Source: Dendrobates tinctorius (Eukaryota). From it: a DNA stretch of 64,000 nt. The DNA lies in the NCBI RefSeq assembly GCF_039654945.1, contig NW_027361678.1, positions 12,834,001 to 12,898,000 of the forward strand. Direction: 5' to 3'. Shown piece by piece: positions 50,360-63,224 of this stretch. Under the pieces are notes generated by a model. The model did no database searches and had not been told where the DNA came from. It saw nothing but the letters and a program-made list of their open reading frames with translations. Each line of letters begins with the position of its first letter. Within the stretch, counting starts at the first letter, position 1. The position numbers and the translations under genes are program-made.

Positions 50360-50909
50360 TATGAAACTGAGAGATGCTCTGGAGAGGACGCAACTAGAGA
50401 AGAAAAAAACTAAACTTCAAGTTTGGAGTTCATATCGGACACTAGGCCTGGTGCTAAACTCTGAACACGGACATCTCCCGGAAGTCCATTTTAATGTTAG
50501 GAGTTTCGGGGGGAAGGAGAGTGAGTGAGAGAATTTTCCATCTCCAAAGTTCGGGTCTCCATAGTTTTCAATGGAGCTCTTGTTTGGACTATCAGGTCCG
50601 CTAATTCCTAGACACGACGCGTTTCATGATGGCGGATTGTAGGGGTTGTTCTGCTGCCTGAAAGCACCTCACATTATCAGCAGTACAGCAGGTCTTGTAC
50701 TCAGGTGCAGAAACATAATATGATGGCCTCTGCCATGTCGCCACTATTATTTCTACCGTTTCTCATCTCACTCTTTCCATAATTGAAGAGAAAAGTAGAT
50801 GGGATTAAGCAGTAGTGGGGGCGCACAGATTACCATCGCTTAGCACAAGTCTGTTATATTTTAGACTGAAGAGCCCGGTGCTGCCTGGGCATAGTACCTA
50901 ACTGTGGGT

Positions 50910-52812
50910 CCCGCTCTCTTCCTTAACAGCCTCGCTCTCCACCCGCCATCATGCTCTGTCTTTCCGCAGCCCCGCTCTTCACCCGCCATCACACTCTCTA
51001 CTTCCACAGCCCAGCTCTCCACCCACCATCACGCTCTATCCTTCCACAACCCCGCTCTCCACCCGCCGTCCCGTTCTATCCCTCCGTAGCCCTCCACAGC
51101 CCCGCTCTCTTCCTTCACAGCCCCACACTCCCGCTGTCTCCCTCCACAGCCCCGCTGTCTTCCTCCACAGCCCCGCTGTCCCCCTCCACAGCCCCACTCT
51201 ATTCCTTCACAGCCCCGCTCTCCCCATCTACAGCCCTGCTGTCTTCCTCCACAGCCCTGCTCTCCCGTGCTCTCCCTCCATAGCCCTGCTCTCCCGCTCT
51301 CCCTCCACAGCCCCGCTGTCTTCCTCCACAGCCCTGCTCTCCCCCTCCACAGCCCCGCTGTCTTCCTCCACAGCCCTGCTCTCCCGCTCTCTCCCTCCCC
51401 AGCCCCGCTCTCCTGCTCTCTCCTTCCACAGCCCCGCTGTCTTCCTCCACAGCCCTGCTCTCCCGCTCTCTCCCTCCACAGCCCTGCTCTCCCGCTCTCT
51501 CCCGCCACAGCCCTGCTCTCCCGCTCTCTCCCTCCACAGCCCCGCTGTCTTCCTCCACAGCCCTGCTCTCCCGCTCTCTCCCTCCACAGCCCCGCTCTCC
51601 CGCTCTCTCCCTCCACAGCCCTGTCTTCCTCCACAGCCCTGCTCTCCTGCTCTCTCCCTCCACAGTCCCGCTCTCCCGCTCTCCGTCCACAGCCTCGCTG
51701 TCTTCCTTCACAGCCCCGCTCTCCCGCTCTCTCCCTCCACAGCCCCGCTGTCTTCCTCCACAGCCCTGCTCTCCCGCTCTCTCCCTCCACAGCCCCGCTG
51801 TCTTCCTCCACAGCCCTGCTCTCCCGCTCTCTCCCTCCCCAGCCCCGCTCTCCTGCTCTCTCCTTCCACAGCCCCGCTGTCTTCCTCCACAGCCCTGCTC
51901 TCCTGTTGTCTTCCTCCACAGCCCTGCTCTCCCGCTCTCTCCCTCCACAGCCCTGTCTTCCTCCACAGCCCTGCTCTCCCGCTCTCTCCTTTCACAGCAC
52001 TGCTCTCCCGCTCTCTCCCTCCACAGCCCCGCTGTCTTCCTCTACAGCCCTGCTCTCCCGCTCTCTCCCTCCACAGCCCCGCTCTCCCGCTCTCTCCCTC
52101 CACAGCTCTGTCTTCCTCCACAGCCCTGCTCTCCCGCTCTCTCCCTTCACAGCACTGCTCTCCCGCTCTCTCCCTCCACAGCCCCGCTGTCTTCCTCCAC
52201 AGCCCTGCTCTCCCGCTCTCTCCCTCCACAGCCCCGCTCTCCCGCTCTCTCCCTCCACAGCCCTGTCTTCCTCCACAGCCCTGCTCTCCCGCTCTCTCCC
52301 TCCACAGTCCCGCTCTCCCCCTCTCTCCCTCCACAGCCCCGCTGTCTTCCTCCACAGCCCTGCTCTCCCGCTCTCTCCCTCCACAGCCGCGCTGTCTTCC
52401 TCCACAGCCCTGCTCTCCCGCTCTCTCCCTCCCCAGCCCCGCTCTCCTGCTCTCTCCTTCCACAGCCCCGCTGTCTTCCTCCACAGCCCTGCTCTCCCGT
52501 TGTCTTCCTCCACAGCCCTGCTCTCCCGCTCTCTCTCTCCACAGTCCTGTCTTCCTCCACAGCCCTGCTCTCCCGCTCTCTCCCTCCACAGCCCTGCTCT
52601 CCCGCTCTCTCCCTCCACAGCCCCGCTGTCTTCCTCCACAGCCCTGCTCTCCCGCTCTCTCCCTCCACAGCCCCGCTCTCCCGCTCTCTCCCTCCACAGC
52701 CCTGTCTTCCTCCACAGCCCTGCTCTCCCGCTCTCTCCCTCCACAGTCCCGCTCTCCCGCTCTCTCCGTCCACAGCCTCGCTGTCTTCCTCCACAGCGTC
52801 AGCCCCGCTCTC
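50910..52812. repeat. Pyrimidine-rich compound satellite made of alternating ~29-bp and ~21-bp CCACAGCCC-containing units
   Basis: Directly visible; strong C/T strand bias; source of spurious long ORFs. Confidence 0.93.
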
Positions 52813-55069
52813 CATGCACCACGCACAGTGATGCCGGGACCAGGAGAGAGAGCTGCGCAGATTGGCCGGAGTTGGCAGAGCTAGAGCGGAGCTGCAGCGC
52901 ATGTGGGAAGAAGGGCCCCCGCCGAGTGTCCGTGCCAGAACCAAGGGGACCGTCACCTAGGTTCTGGGGGAATCTGTTCCCGGGGGACAGAGTTCAGGGA
53001 CGGACCGTTGAGATGGACAGATGGGCTGGGGGAGGAGCCAGTATAAAAGGGGCGGGGAACGCTAATCACGGTGAGTCAGCAGACAGAAGCAGCAGGAGAC
53101 CGTGGGAGCGACTGAGAGCCAAAGCGACTTACCAGAGCCAGGAGAGACGTTCACCTAGGACATCAGAGGGACGGCGCCCAGACGATCTGAGAACCGCTGC
53201 CCCGCTTCAATCCGCGGCCGCTGCCCCGCTTCAACTTGCGGCTGTTGCCCCTCATCCCAGCCCGCGGCTGCGGCCTGCCCGCGGTCCACTCACGGCCGTT
53301 GCCGCCTCACCCCAGCCCGCGGCTGCGGCCTGCCGCTGTCGCTCGCGGCCGTTGCTGCGGCCTGTCTCCTGCCATGCGCAGCCGCCCTGCTCTCACCCAT
53401 GGCCGCGGCAAGTCCCCTGCCATCGGTGACCACCACTGTCCCGCTCCGGTCCGTGGCAAGGGCTGGGCCGTTGCTCGCCGCGGATTCCCTGTCGCAACTG
53501 TTATCTGCACAGGTGGCCTGCCAATCGCCACCCCACATCGCTGTCGCTTGCCCCAGTCTGGGGGCTATGGCCCATCCATCCAAGGACTCCTCCGGTGCCT
53601 GTGGTGCCCCAGTGTCACCGGAGCGTCAGAATGCTCGAAGACTATGTCAACTCTTCAGCAACTGGGCCCAGCGGCTGCTACGCCGAAAAACCACCATCCA
53701 GAACACCAAGGGACGTCAGGATGGCTAAGTTGACTATATAGTTAAGGACCCGTAGTCTGCCATACAGCGGCCCTATAGTGACCGGCTTTCGTCGGGCGTA
53801 GTCGTGTTCCACTCTGTTCGTGTTTGCTTGTATTGAGCCCCTGCGAGGGCAACTCTTGTTACCCCTTTGGTTGGTCAGGCTATGACTAAGGACAGTTTCC
53901 TCTAGGCCTATAAATGTTATTACTAAAAGCACTAAACCGTCTCGCGCCTCGTCACTGCGTCCTGCGTACCTGCTAGTACCACACGTGTGTGACTGGGCGG
54001 CCTGCGGGGGGCATGGCCTAGCGCTATAGTAGGCTGCAGTAGAAGTCGGGAACTAAATTTAGTCCGGGAAGCTGCAGGGGAGAGAGGGGATAGCGCGGTT
54101 GGCGAAGGGGAGCACCGACTGAGCCGGGACAGGGCTGGGAGGCCTCTGTCCTGAAGACTGTCTTCCTCCACAGCCCCGCTCTACATGCACTGTCCTGCTG
54201 TAGCTATATTGTCCTCAGCACCCCTCTCCATCCGCGTCCCACTCTGATGCTTCGTGATTGGTTGGTGTCCCACTCTGCTGCTTCGTGATTGGTTGGTGAT
54301 ACACACATACATACATTCATTTATATATATATATATAGATTGGGGATGGTGTGCAACCAAAGATGGGCTAAAGGTAAAAACAACGAAGCACAAAGCACTT
54401 CGCTAGCAGAAACCACAATTTTATTAAACTGGAGCATTATTTTAAAAACCTGTATGGAATAAGAAAAACATGGCTGTCTTCCAGAAATTGAAACCACAGA
54501 TTATGTCTAGTACTGCTGCTCAACTCCATAGACGATAATGAGGCATTGCCAGACATAACCTGTGAACAGGGGTGGCGCTATTTCCAGTCTAGCTCAGATT
54601 CTTGTTCCTGGCAGCTTTATGCAGTAGAGACTGCTCCCCTCAGTGTTGCAAGGTCTAGTCATAAATCCCAGACCCAAGCACACTAATTAATTAATCATTG
54701 ATGATCATTGTGATGCAGCAGCTGGAAGCTCGTCGGTGCTAATGTGAGATGTGTGCGCACATTGCGGCTGTCACCTTCATCACCATGAATAATTAGCCAA
54801 CAGCAGAGGAAGCTCGCGGGACAACTCATCACAACCTCCTGCAAGATCTTACCAGACAAATCTGACTTTATTCCAGATCCAGAATTACATTTCCGGTAAA
54901 GTCCTAGCAAACATGATGAATGGGTGTGCAGAGCAGTGTTCTGGGCCTGGATAATGATGAAAATAAACCACAAGGTCCACATGAGAGGGAGGTCAAGAGG
55001 TTAATCCCATGCCCCATGGCCACCAACGGGAAGAAGGAGCCACAGAACTTGGAGAGAGTTATGATATGA

Positions 55070-55637
55070 ACTTGTCAGGATCGCTGGTGTGTCGCTAAAT
55101 GATCGCTGGTGAGCTGCCAAACAGGCAGATCTCAGCAGTGATCAGGACAGCGACACGCGGGTAACAAGCGACGCACGTCGCTTAGTTACCCGCAGTGTAC
55201 GTTAAGATACCAGCACGCTGGGGCAGGGAGCTGGTAACCAAGGTAAACATCGGGTTTCTAAGCGCCGCGCGGTGCTTAGAAACCCGATGTTTACCTTGGT
55301 TACCAATTCCCTGCACCAGCGCACTGGTATCTAATGTACATATCGGGTGTCTAAGCGCCGCGCGGTGCATAGAAACCCGATGTTTACCTTGGTTTCCAGC
55401 TTGCTGATCGCTGGTCTCCCACTTGCCACACGCAGCGATGCGTGCTGGCCAGCGGGAGACCAACGATCAAAAAAATGTCCAGGCCATTCGAGCACGATCA
55501 GCGATACCCGGCAGGGGGGCCGGTCGCTGATAAGTGTCACACACAGCGATCTCGCTGGTGAAATCGCTGTTGCGTCACAAAACTGATGACTCATCAGCGA
55601 TCCCGCTAGCGAGATCGCTGTGTGTGACGTGGGCTTT
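55070..55637. mobile_element. Harbinger-like MITE of the 13258/19681 family with internal palindromic repeats
   Basis: Shares GATCGCTGGT.., CAGGCAGATCTC, TTGCGTCACAAAA and terminal TGTGTGACGTGGGCT motifs; left end truncated. Confidence 0.65.
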
Positions 55638-56129
55638 ACACGCATGCCAGGGAGCACTACGTGTGCTGTCTGTGATTAACACTGTGATGTTTGCTGTGCA
55701 ATTTATTCTATCTTTGAAAATCACTAATGAAACATTGATGGTAAAAACTGACATAGTGACCCAAAACTGATAGAAGTCTGATCCAAAACACTGATGATCA
55801 TCAGACCAGGTTTTAACGAAGAAGAAAAGTCATGGACTTCTGTCTGAATGAAGCCTTAGGGCTCATTCCCACTTTAGATGAAATCGGACGAATGCAATCA
55901 GATAAAAAAAATCCGAATTGAATTCGTACCAATGTTATTCTATAATTGTGTCTTCTTTTTTCTAGCTCGGATCACTATCGGACTGGAAAAAAATCGCAGC
56001 ATGCTGCGATTGTAATCAGTATTTGGATCGCATCCCACAATAGAAGTCAATGGGTGCGAGAAAAAAAATCGAACAGCACTCGCACCATGCGAAAAGGTGA
56101 ACGGATGGACTCTACGGGCCTGGTTCCCA

Positions 56130-56691
56130 CCGATAAGCATGGAGGAGGAGGTGTGATGGTGTGGGGGTGCTTTGCTGGTGACACTGCTGGGGATTTTTCA
56201 AAATTGAAGGCATACTGAACCAGCATGGCTACCACAGCATCTTGCAGCGGCATGCTATTCCATCCGGTTTGCGTTTAGTTGGACCAACATTTATTTTTCA
56301 ACAGGACAATGACCCCAAACACACCTCCAGGCTGTGTAAGGGCTATCTGACCAAGAAGGAGAGTGATGGGGTGCTATGCCAGATGACCTGGCCTCCACTG
56401 TCACCAGACCTGAACCCAGTCGAGATGGTTTGGGTGAGCTGGACCGCAGAGTGAAGGCAAAAGGGCCAACAAGTGCTAAGCATCTCTGGGAACTCCTTCA
56501 AGACTGTTGGAAGACCATTTCCGGTGACTACCTCTTGAAGCTCATCAAGAGAATGCCAAGAGTGTGGAAAGCAGTAATCAAAGCAAAAGCATAGTTTGAT
56601 GCCTTCAAAGTGAATCTACAATTTTCATAGTCATGAAAATAAAGAAAACTCTTTGAATGAGAAGGTGTGTCCAAACTTTTGGTCTGTACTG
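56130..56691 (+). mobile_element. 3' fragment of a Tc1 element
   Basis: KHGGGGVMVWGCF, FQQDNDPKH, SPDLNPVE; right TIR ending ..GGTCTGTACTG followed by TA. Confidence 0.82.
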
Positions 56692-57284
56692 TATATATAT
56701 TGCATAGAGAGATAGATAGAAGATTAGCAGGTTAAACATTACTGTTAAATATATTACTGCTTTTCTTCTATCTATCTCTCTACGCAATATAAATACATAT
56801 ATATGTCTGTGTCACTGATAGAAAATATATGTATATATATATTTTTTTTCTATGTATATATATATCTATTCTATCTATTCTATTCTAACCTGTCACTCTG
56901 TGATTATACTGTAAGCGACAGATCATTTGCCGGCTTTTAATCTATCATATACAGGGGTTGGACAAAATAATGGAAACACCTGGAAACATCAACAAAAGTT
57001 AGTTTAATATGGTGTAGGTCCACCTTTTGTGGCAATTACAGCCTCAATTCTCCGAGGTATGCATTCATATGAATTGTAGCCCATTCTTCAGTTAAAACAC
57101 CCTCCAGTTCTTTGAGCGACGATGGCGGCGGAAATTGACGTCTAACTTGAATCTCTAAAATCGACCATAAATGCTCAATAATGTTGAGGTCTGAGGATTG
57201 TGGGGGCCAGATGAGATGCTCAACTTCATTACAATGTTCCTCGTGCTATGCTTTAACGATTCTAGCTGTATGAATTGGTGCATT

Positions 57285-60200
57285 TGTGGTGCCCCTGTGG
57301 GACCAGTTGCCACAGAGGTACTGCATCTCATCCAGAGGTGTGGTATCTCACGACTGGGTAAGATGGGGGCATCTCACCACACTCTTAACACTGCACTCAA
57401 CACACACACTAGCTAGTCAGGGCATCTGGGTGTACCCTTCGGGAGGATGGCCTCATCCCAGACTGGCTAGGAAAGGATGTTGGGAGCTAGTGGGGAAGGT
57501 AGGAAAAGGGGAGGAGCTTAGAAAGTGAAGTGATGTAGAGCAGCCAATGGGAACAGCGAGTGGGCGGAGCTTAGAGAAAGAGTGGGAGATTTGAAAGGAG
57601 TTGAGAGAGTTCCCTCACGGGGAGAGCAGGTGGAACGATGCGCTTGAAACAGCTCCTGTCAGGAGGAGCTGCCGGATAGATTGGCTGGGAGGGAAAGCTC
57701 CCGGGAGGAAAGAATGGAATTTCTAGAGTCCCACGCTGATTGCTATCAGGTGGGAGAAGAAATTAGGTCACAGAAGGGACTCAGCCCCTAGCCTAGCGAA
57801 GTTAACAACGAACTTAACTAGCAAGCTGACAGTTGGGGTTGCTGTATGGGCCACAGCGAATCCCACAGTTACCTTCCCAGAAAGACAGCCATATAGGATC
57901 AAGGAACTGCCTGAGTGACGAATTCTGACAGGATCCGCGGCAGTCTGGCCAGGTGGTGTTAGATCTGGCCTGGGACCGGAAAGTGTCATCTGGGGGGGAA
58001 GCAGAAAAACAAGGCCCCATACCACCAGCAGTCAGCGATGACTATTCTACCCAGCAGCTGCGCCAGTACGCTAAAGAGCAAGAGGAAAGGAGGAGATGAC
58101 ATCTGGCCCTGGAGGAAAAAGATCTCCAGATTAAGAAGTGGATCCGGAGTATTACAATCAAAGACCCTTAGCGAGTGGGCTGGGGTAAGGTCCTAGAGTT
58201 TGACAATACCCAGGGCTATGGGTTTGTAGCCGATTCCAGGGGCTCCCCAGACCTCTTCGTTAACCACCGTGATGTGGAGGCCCACTTAATAAAGGGACAT
58301 CCAGGCTGCAATTTGACACCAGATGACCTGGTTTCATTCACCCGGCATCTGGGACCACGAGGCTGGTATGCCCTCAATGTTCAGAGAATCCCACCAGAAC
58401 TGGCCAGTGTATATGAGCAGCAGGATGCCGCAAATAAGGTAGCAGCAGTGGCAGCAGAGATCGCCAGGCCGGTTACAACAATCTATCCTGGAGGGAAGAT
58501 AATAACAACTCTAGCCCCTGCATCTGGAGCAGCTACACCCCAGGCTGCAATTGCCCCCACTACAGCAAGCACCAAACCAGCTCCACCAGGGGGAATTCAA
58601 CCAACACTGGAAGAAAACCTCCAATATGTCAAGTCCCGTGGAAGTCAACGGGAAGTACTTCCTTTGAAGCAACCAGGCTATAAGGCTTCCATCACCCTAG
58701 GGGGTGATCACAATGAAAAAGCTCATTTAAAGTACTGAACAGTTACCCAGGAGGGTATAAGAACCATTGTGCCTTGTTGATTTAGCCTGTTTACAGTTTT
58801 GCCCCAGTTGGGCATCAGTTCAGTTGCACTCAGAAACTGAGAGATCTCGAACTGGAAGTGGTCTCAAACTTTTTGTGAATAATTGCGCCTCTTAAGGTGC
58901 TTCTTCTTGGTTTTACACAAACCGTTTTCACACAAAAAAACTACCTCAGACCAGAACAAAAACTCGCGGGTGTGGCCGAACCCTGGTTCTGGAAGTAAAG
59001 ACCAGTAAGTCCTGCAGCCCACCCAGGACCACCGTTGGAGGTTTAGGGCAAGTCCTCCACCAGCAAAAGAGACTCTGCAAGAAATCTCAGCTGGGAGCGG
59101 TGTCCAGCACTTTCAAGAATTATTAATGTTTTACTGTGAAGTCTTTTATATCGTGCCTTATGACAATGTTGGTGGCAATGTTTAGCTGCAGTACTAGAAA
59201 TAGATAATTTGCAGAACCTAGTTTAAAAGTAATGTTCAATAGAAATGTGACGTTTTAAATAAAAAATTTGAACCAGGTGGCGAACGATAGTTAGCGGTTG
59301 TCACCAGCAGTGAAAACTTGAACCAGGTGGTGAACCATAGCTAGTGGTTGTCACCAATTAACACTTTGAGCTACAAGCAGCATAAATAAAGTTATAGTAG
59401 GAAACATTAAAAGAAAAGGTACCTCTCCCTGGAGAAGAAGTTTTATAGCCTAATATATATTAATAACTGTAGGCAGTATTGTTTGAAGAATATGTATTGT
59501 TATCTACCAGTAGTAATGCTTTAAAAATGTTTTGTATGTTATTTTGTAACATCTCGTGTTTTATTTTCAGCCCGCTGGGTTTAACAGGGGGGAATGTGGT
59601 GCCCCTGTGGGTCCAGTTGCGACAGAGGTACTGCATCTCATCCAGAGGTGTGGTATCTCACGACCTGGTAAGATGGGGGCATCTCACCACATTCTTAACA
59701 CTGCGCTCAACACACACACTAGCTAGTCAGGGTATCTGGGTGTACCCTTCGGGAGGATGGCCTCATCCTAGACTGGTTAGGAAAGGATGTTGGGAGCTAG
59801 TGGGGAAGGTAGGAAAAGGGGAGGAGCTTAGTGGAGTGATGTAGAGCAGCCAATGGGAACAGCGAGTGGGCGGAGCTTAGAGAAAGAGTGGGAGATTTGA
59901 AAGGAGTTGAGAGAGTTCCCTCAGGGGGAGCGCAGGTGGAACGATGCGCTTGAAGCAGCTCCTGTCAGGAGGAGCTGCTGGATAGTTTGGCTGGGAGGGA
60001 AAGCTCCTGGGAGGAAAGAATGGAATTTCTAGAGTCCCACGCTGATTGCTATCAGGTGGGAGAAGAAATTAGGTTGCAGAAGGGACTCAGCCCCTAGCCT
60101 AGTGAAGTTAACAACGAACTTAACTAGCAAGCTGACAGTTGTGGTTGCTGTATGGGCCACAGCGAATCCCACAGTTACCTTCCCAGAAAGGCAGCCACAT

Positions 60201-60818
60201 AGGATCAAGGAACCGCCTGAGTGACGAATTCTGACAGGATCCGCGGCAGCTAGCCTGGGACACTGACTGTGAAGGTGCTGGAACGGGAGAAAGGAGAGGA
60301 AACCAGTACAGTGAGATGGCCTAGAAAGGAACATACTGAAAGGGAGTGTTGGAGGGGTGTACTCAGCTACCTGGAAGTTTACTGGACCCCTGACCTGGAG
60401 GACTCAGCACTGAAGAGGGTATCTGTACTGCAGACAGACTGTGAGTAAAGCCCATTGAACTACATGCGATTGTGTCCTCCATTTTATTCCTGTGCCACTC
60501 CTCCACTTCACACCACAACCCTACCAACAACTTCATCTATTCTGCCCTGGGACTACAGCCCTACCTGTGGAGGGCTACAACATCATAGCTGCGCCCAACA
60601 TCCATCCCAGAGAAGCAACACTGCAGCGCTGGTCACCTCTGACCAGAATGCCACAGGTGGCTTCACGTATCCAACCATAAACTTTATTCCTATCTCCGTA
60701 AATACCACCCAAGCAATTGCCTTTGACTGCCTGGGGCCACCGACCGGGTCCCAGCCACCGTGACACCGTCCCTCATTGAAGTCGACAGGCCCGGATCCGA
60801 GAACCCCGGGGCGCGTCA
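57285..60818 (+). mobile_element. Deleted LTR retroelement: truncated 5' LTR 57285-~57945, internal remnant, PPT, full 3' LTR 59595-60818
   Basis: ~660-bp direct repeat starting TGTGGTGCCCC at 57285 and 59595; purine tract AACAGGGGGGAA before the 3' LTR; probable 4-bp TSD CATT/TATT. Confidence 0.82.
58175..58738 (+). pseudogene. Cold-shock-domain ORF remnant carried inside the LTR element
   Basis: GKVLEFDNTQGYGFV (RNP1), DLFVNH (RNP2), LVSFT..GPRGWYALNV; the frame extends upstream through two stops (58097, 58169). Confidence 0.75.
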
Positions 60819-61282
60819 TATTTTCATCCTGAAAGATGGCGTTCCTCTCCGGGAACAGTGCTTGAACCATAGGATGCACTTGGTCGCCCAAAATGCCTGA
60901 ATAATCGCAGCTGTTAATTCTTCCATGAAGGGATATCATTGGCCCGGCGGATCTCCACGAAACAGCATCCCAGATCATCACAGAACCTCCACCCTGTTTT
61001 ACGATTGGGAAAAGGCAGTCTGGATGGAATGCTTCTTTCGGCTGTCTCCAAACGTACACTCGGCCGGAGGTCTGAAATAGGGTAAACGAAAATTCGTCTG
61101 AGAATCAATGTTCTTACAATTCTGCAAAACAAACAGTTAATTTACATGCACATATCACATAATACAAATAATCAACTACAAAACATTACCATATGTCACG
61201 GTTTGCATGTTTATAACATGTTCGAAGATTATGATGCCAAAACGTTAAGTGTTTCCATTATTTTGTCCAACCCCTGTTTATA

Positions 61283-62027
61283 AAGCTCTGGCAAAAATTA
61301 AGAGACCACTGCACAGTTTTATAAAAAATCAACTTCTCTACATCAGTGTCAGTTGAATTCCAACCAGAGGACACCTCATTCCACTTAATGCGCTTCTGAT
61401 TAGGTGATCACCTGAACCAAATCTTATTTAACTAAGGAAAGTATAAAAAACCCTGCTGTGGTGTTCACAATCCTCTTGCAATAGGACAAGCTGGATGGCA
61501 AAGCAAGTGCTACTAATATCCCAAAAGTAATATTAATGAAAAAAATAACTTTAAACCATGCCAAAGGAGTTTAAAAGAAAAGTCTTGAGTGAGGGCTCAA
61601 TTCTAGCTTTACTAGCAGAGGGATACAGTGAACGTCATGTTGCCTCCATCCCTAAAATTTCGGGAGTCCATTACAACAAGGTCAATCAGCAGACATTGGG
61701 GACAACAAAGCTACAGACCAGCAGAGGGCAAGCGAAAACGACTCTCCACTGACTAGGATGACCGTCAACTTATTCAAATGTCACTCAGCAACTGCATGAT
61801 GACATCAAGTGACCTACAAAAGGAATGGCTAATGGCAGCTGGTTGTGAAATGCACGGTAAGAACAGTTTTGTAACAGGCACCTAGAGGCAGGGCTCAAGT
61901 CATGTAAAGCTAGAAAAAAGCCTTTTATCAATGATAAGCAAAGGAGAGCCAGGCTGAAGTTTGCCAAAGACCATAAGGATTGGACCATAGAAGACCGGAG
62001 TAAGGTAATTTTCTCTGATGAGTCTAA
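61283..62027 (+). mobile_element. 5' fragment of another Tc1 element
   Basis: TIR-like GCTCTGGCAAAAATTAAGAGACCACTG; frameshifted MPKEFKRKVLSE.., ARKKPFI, RLKFAKDHKDWT, KVIFSDES. Confidence 0.75.
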
Positions 62028-62029
62028 AC

Positions 62030-63224
62030 AACAGTCAGCTGATGCACCAGGTGACCTGTTTTGAGACCCCTAGTGTATGACAAGTCTTCAACCCCACAAG
62101 TTTGACCGGGGGGGTATGTGAGACAGTGATCGGCCTTGTTGTAAATGTATGTGTCGCTGCGGAGGAGGTCCGCTGCGCTGTAAGCTTGAAATGTTGCTCT
62201 GGGACCTGTAATTCCACGAGCCTTGTTTTTGTTTATAAAGGAAAGCTTACAGGGTTAGCCAGAGAGTTGGGTGGGGCTGGCTAGCCACACACGACTCCCA
62301 CCTATTGGGGTGGTTACAGCTACATAATGTGACCGTGGTTTGGGTCACATGGTATAGGTTGTAAGGTCCTGCCAGAGGTCAGGCCAGTGTGTAGGAAGGT
62401 CCTATGAGTGGACGGGCTTCCTGAAGAGCACATGGTGAGGCTGTGTACCTGGAAGATCTCTGTGTTGGAAGGTCCTGGGAGTGGACCAGATTCCTGAATA
62501 GCAAATGGAGAGACCGTGGACCTGGATGGTCGCTTTGTTGGAAGGCCCTGCGAGTGGACTGGATTCCCAAATAGCACAGTGTGAGACCATGTACTCGTAG
62601 AGTCTGTGATAGCACTGCGTTGAAGAAGCTACCATCCTTCTGAGGGTCTGGACTGTCGGGTATGGCCTGTGGAACAAGTCAGCATGTGGAGCGGAGCTCT
62701 AGGACAGTGATCCCAGTTAGGCAGCTTCCTTGGGAACCTAGGACTGACAAGGAGTCAGTGTGTGGAGCACGAGCTCCTGTAAGGTAACTCCAGACAAGGG
62801 GGTGATAGTAAGGGCAGATAAGTATCTGCCATTGGAACAGACTGTTGGTGCTTGTTATGTTCCGTGGAAGTTAATGAACTGTGGGTCACCCACGGTAACT
62901 AGACGAAGTGAGGTTTAGAGACTGCAATCTAATGTTGTGTATCATGGAGTAAAGTTGTGAGAGACTTTGGCACGACGTGCGGTCGCCCACGGTAACTGGA
63001 CATAGAGAAGTCCGGCGTGTTTAGTGACTGCGAGTTAAAGTCGTGAATTATGAAGTGCTATGGACTATATGTTAGGTCTGTGATATATAACATGGCCTAC
63101 AGTGGTTTATTGAGTGCATAATAAACCGCATGGACTGTTTGAGTGAAAAAAAAATGTTCCTGTGTGCCTTAATCCCGCAGCCAAGTGAGTGTCCCCCAAC
63201 ACACGCAGTAAGTGCTGCCTTACA
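62030..63224 (+). mobile_element. LTR-like fragment (5' end missing)
   Basis: TATAAA near 62235, short internal repeats, AATAAA at 63120, ends GCCTTACA. Confidence 0.45.

Larger units (their letters stand above)
56952..61276 (-). mobile_element. Internally deleted Tc1-like element interrupted by an LTR element
   Basis: TIRs CAGGGGTTGGACAAAATAATGGAAACAC / GTGTTTCCATTATTTTGTCCAACCCCTG; minus-strand VKQGGGSVMIW, IFQDEN and PDLNIIEHLW on either side of the insert. Confidence 0.82.

Noticed and set aside
50614-50630. GAAACGCGTC on the minus strand as a hammerhead ribozyme
   Set aside because: No CTGANGA core or stem II at the required distance
51029-53429. 720-aa Pro/Ser/Leu-rich ORF and antisense ORFs
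   Set aside because: Derived from the CT-rich satellite; no recognisable domain
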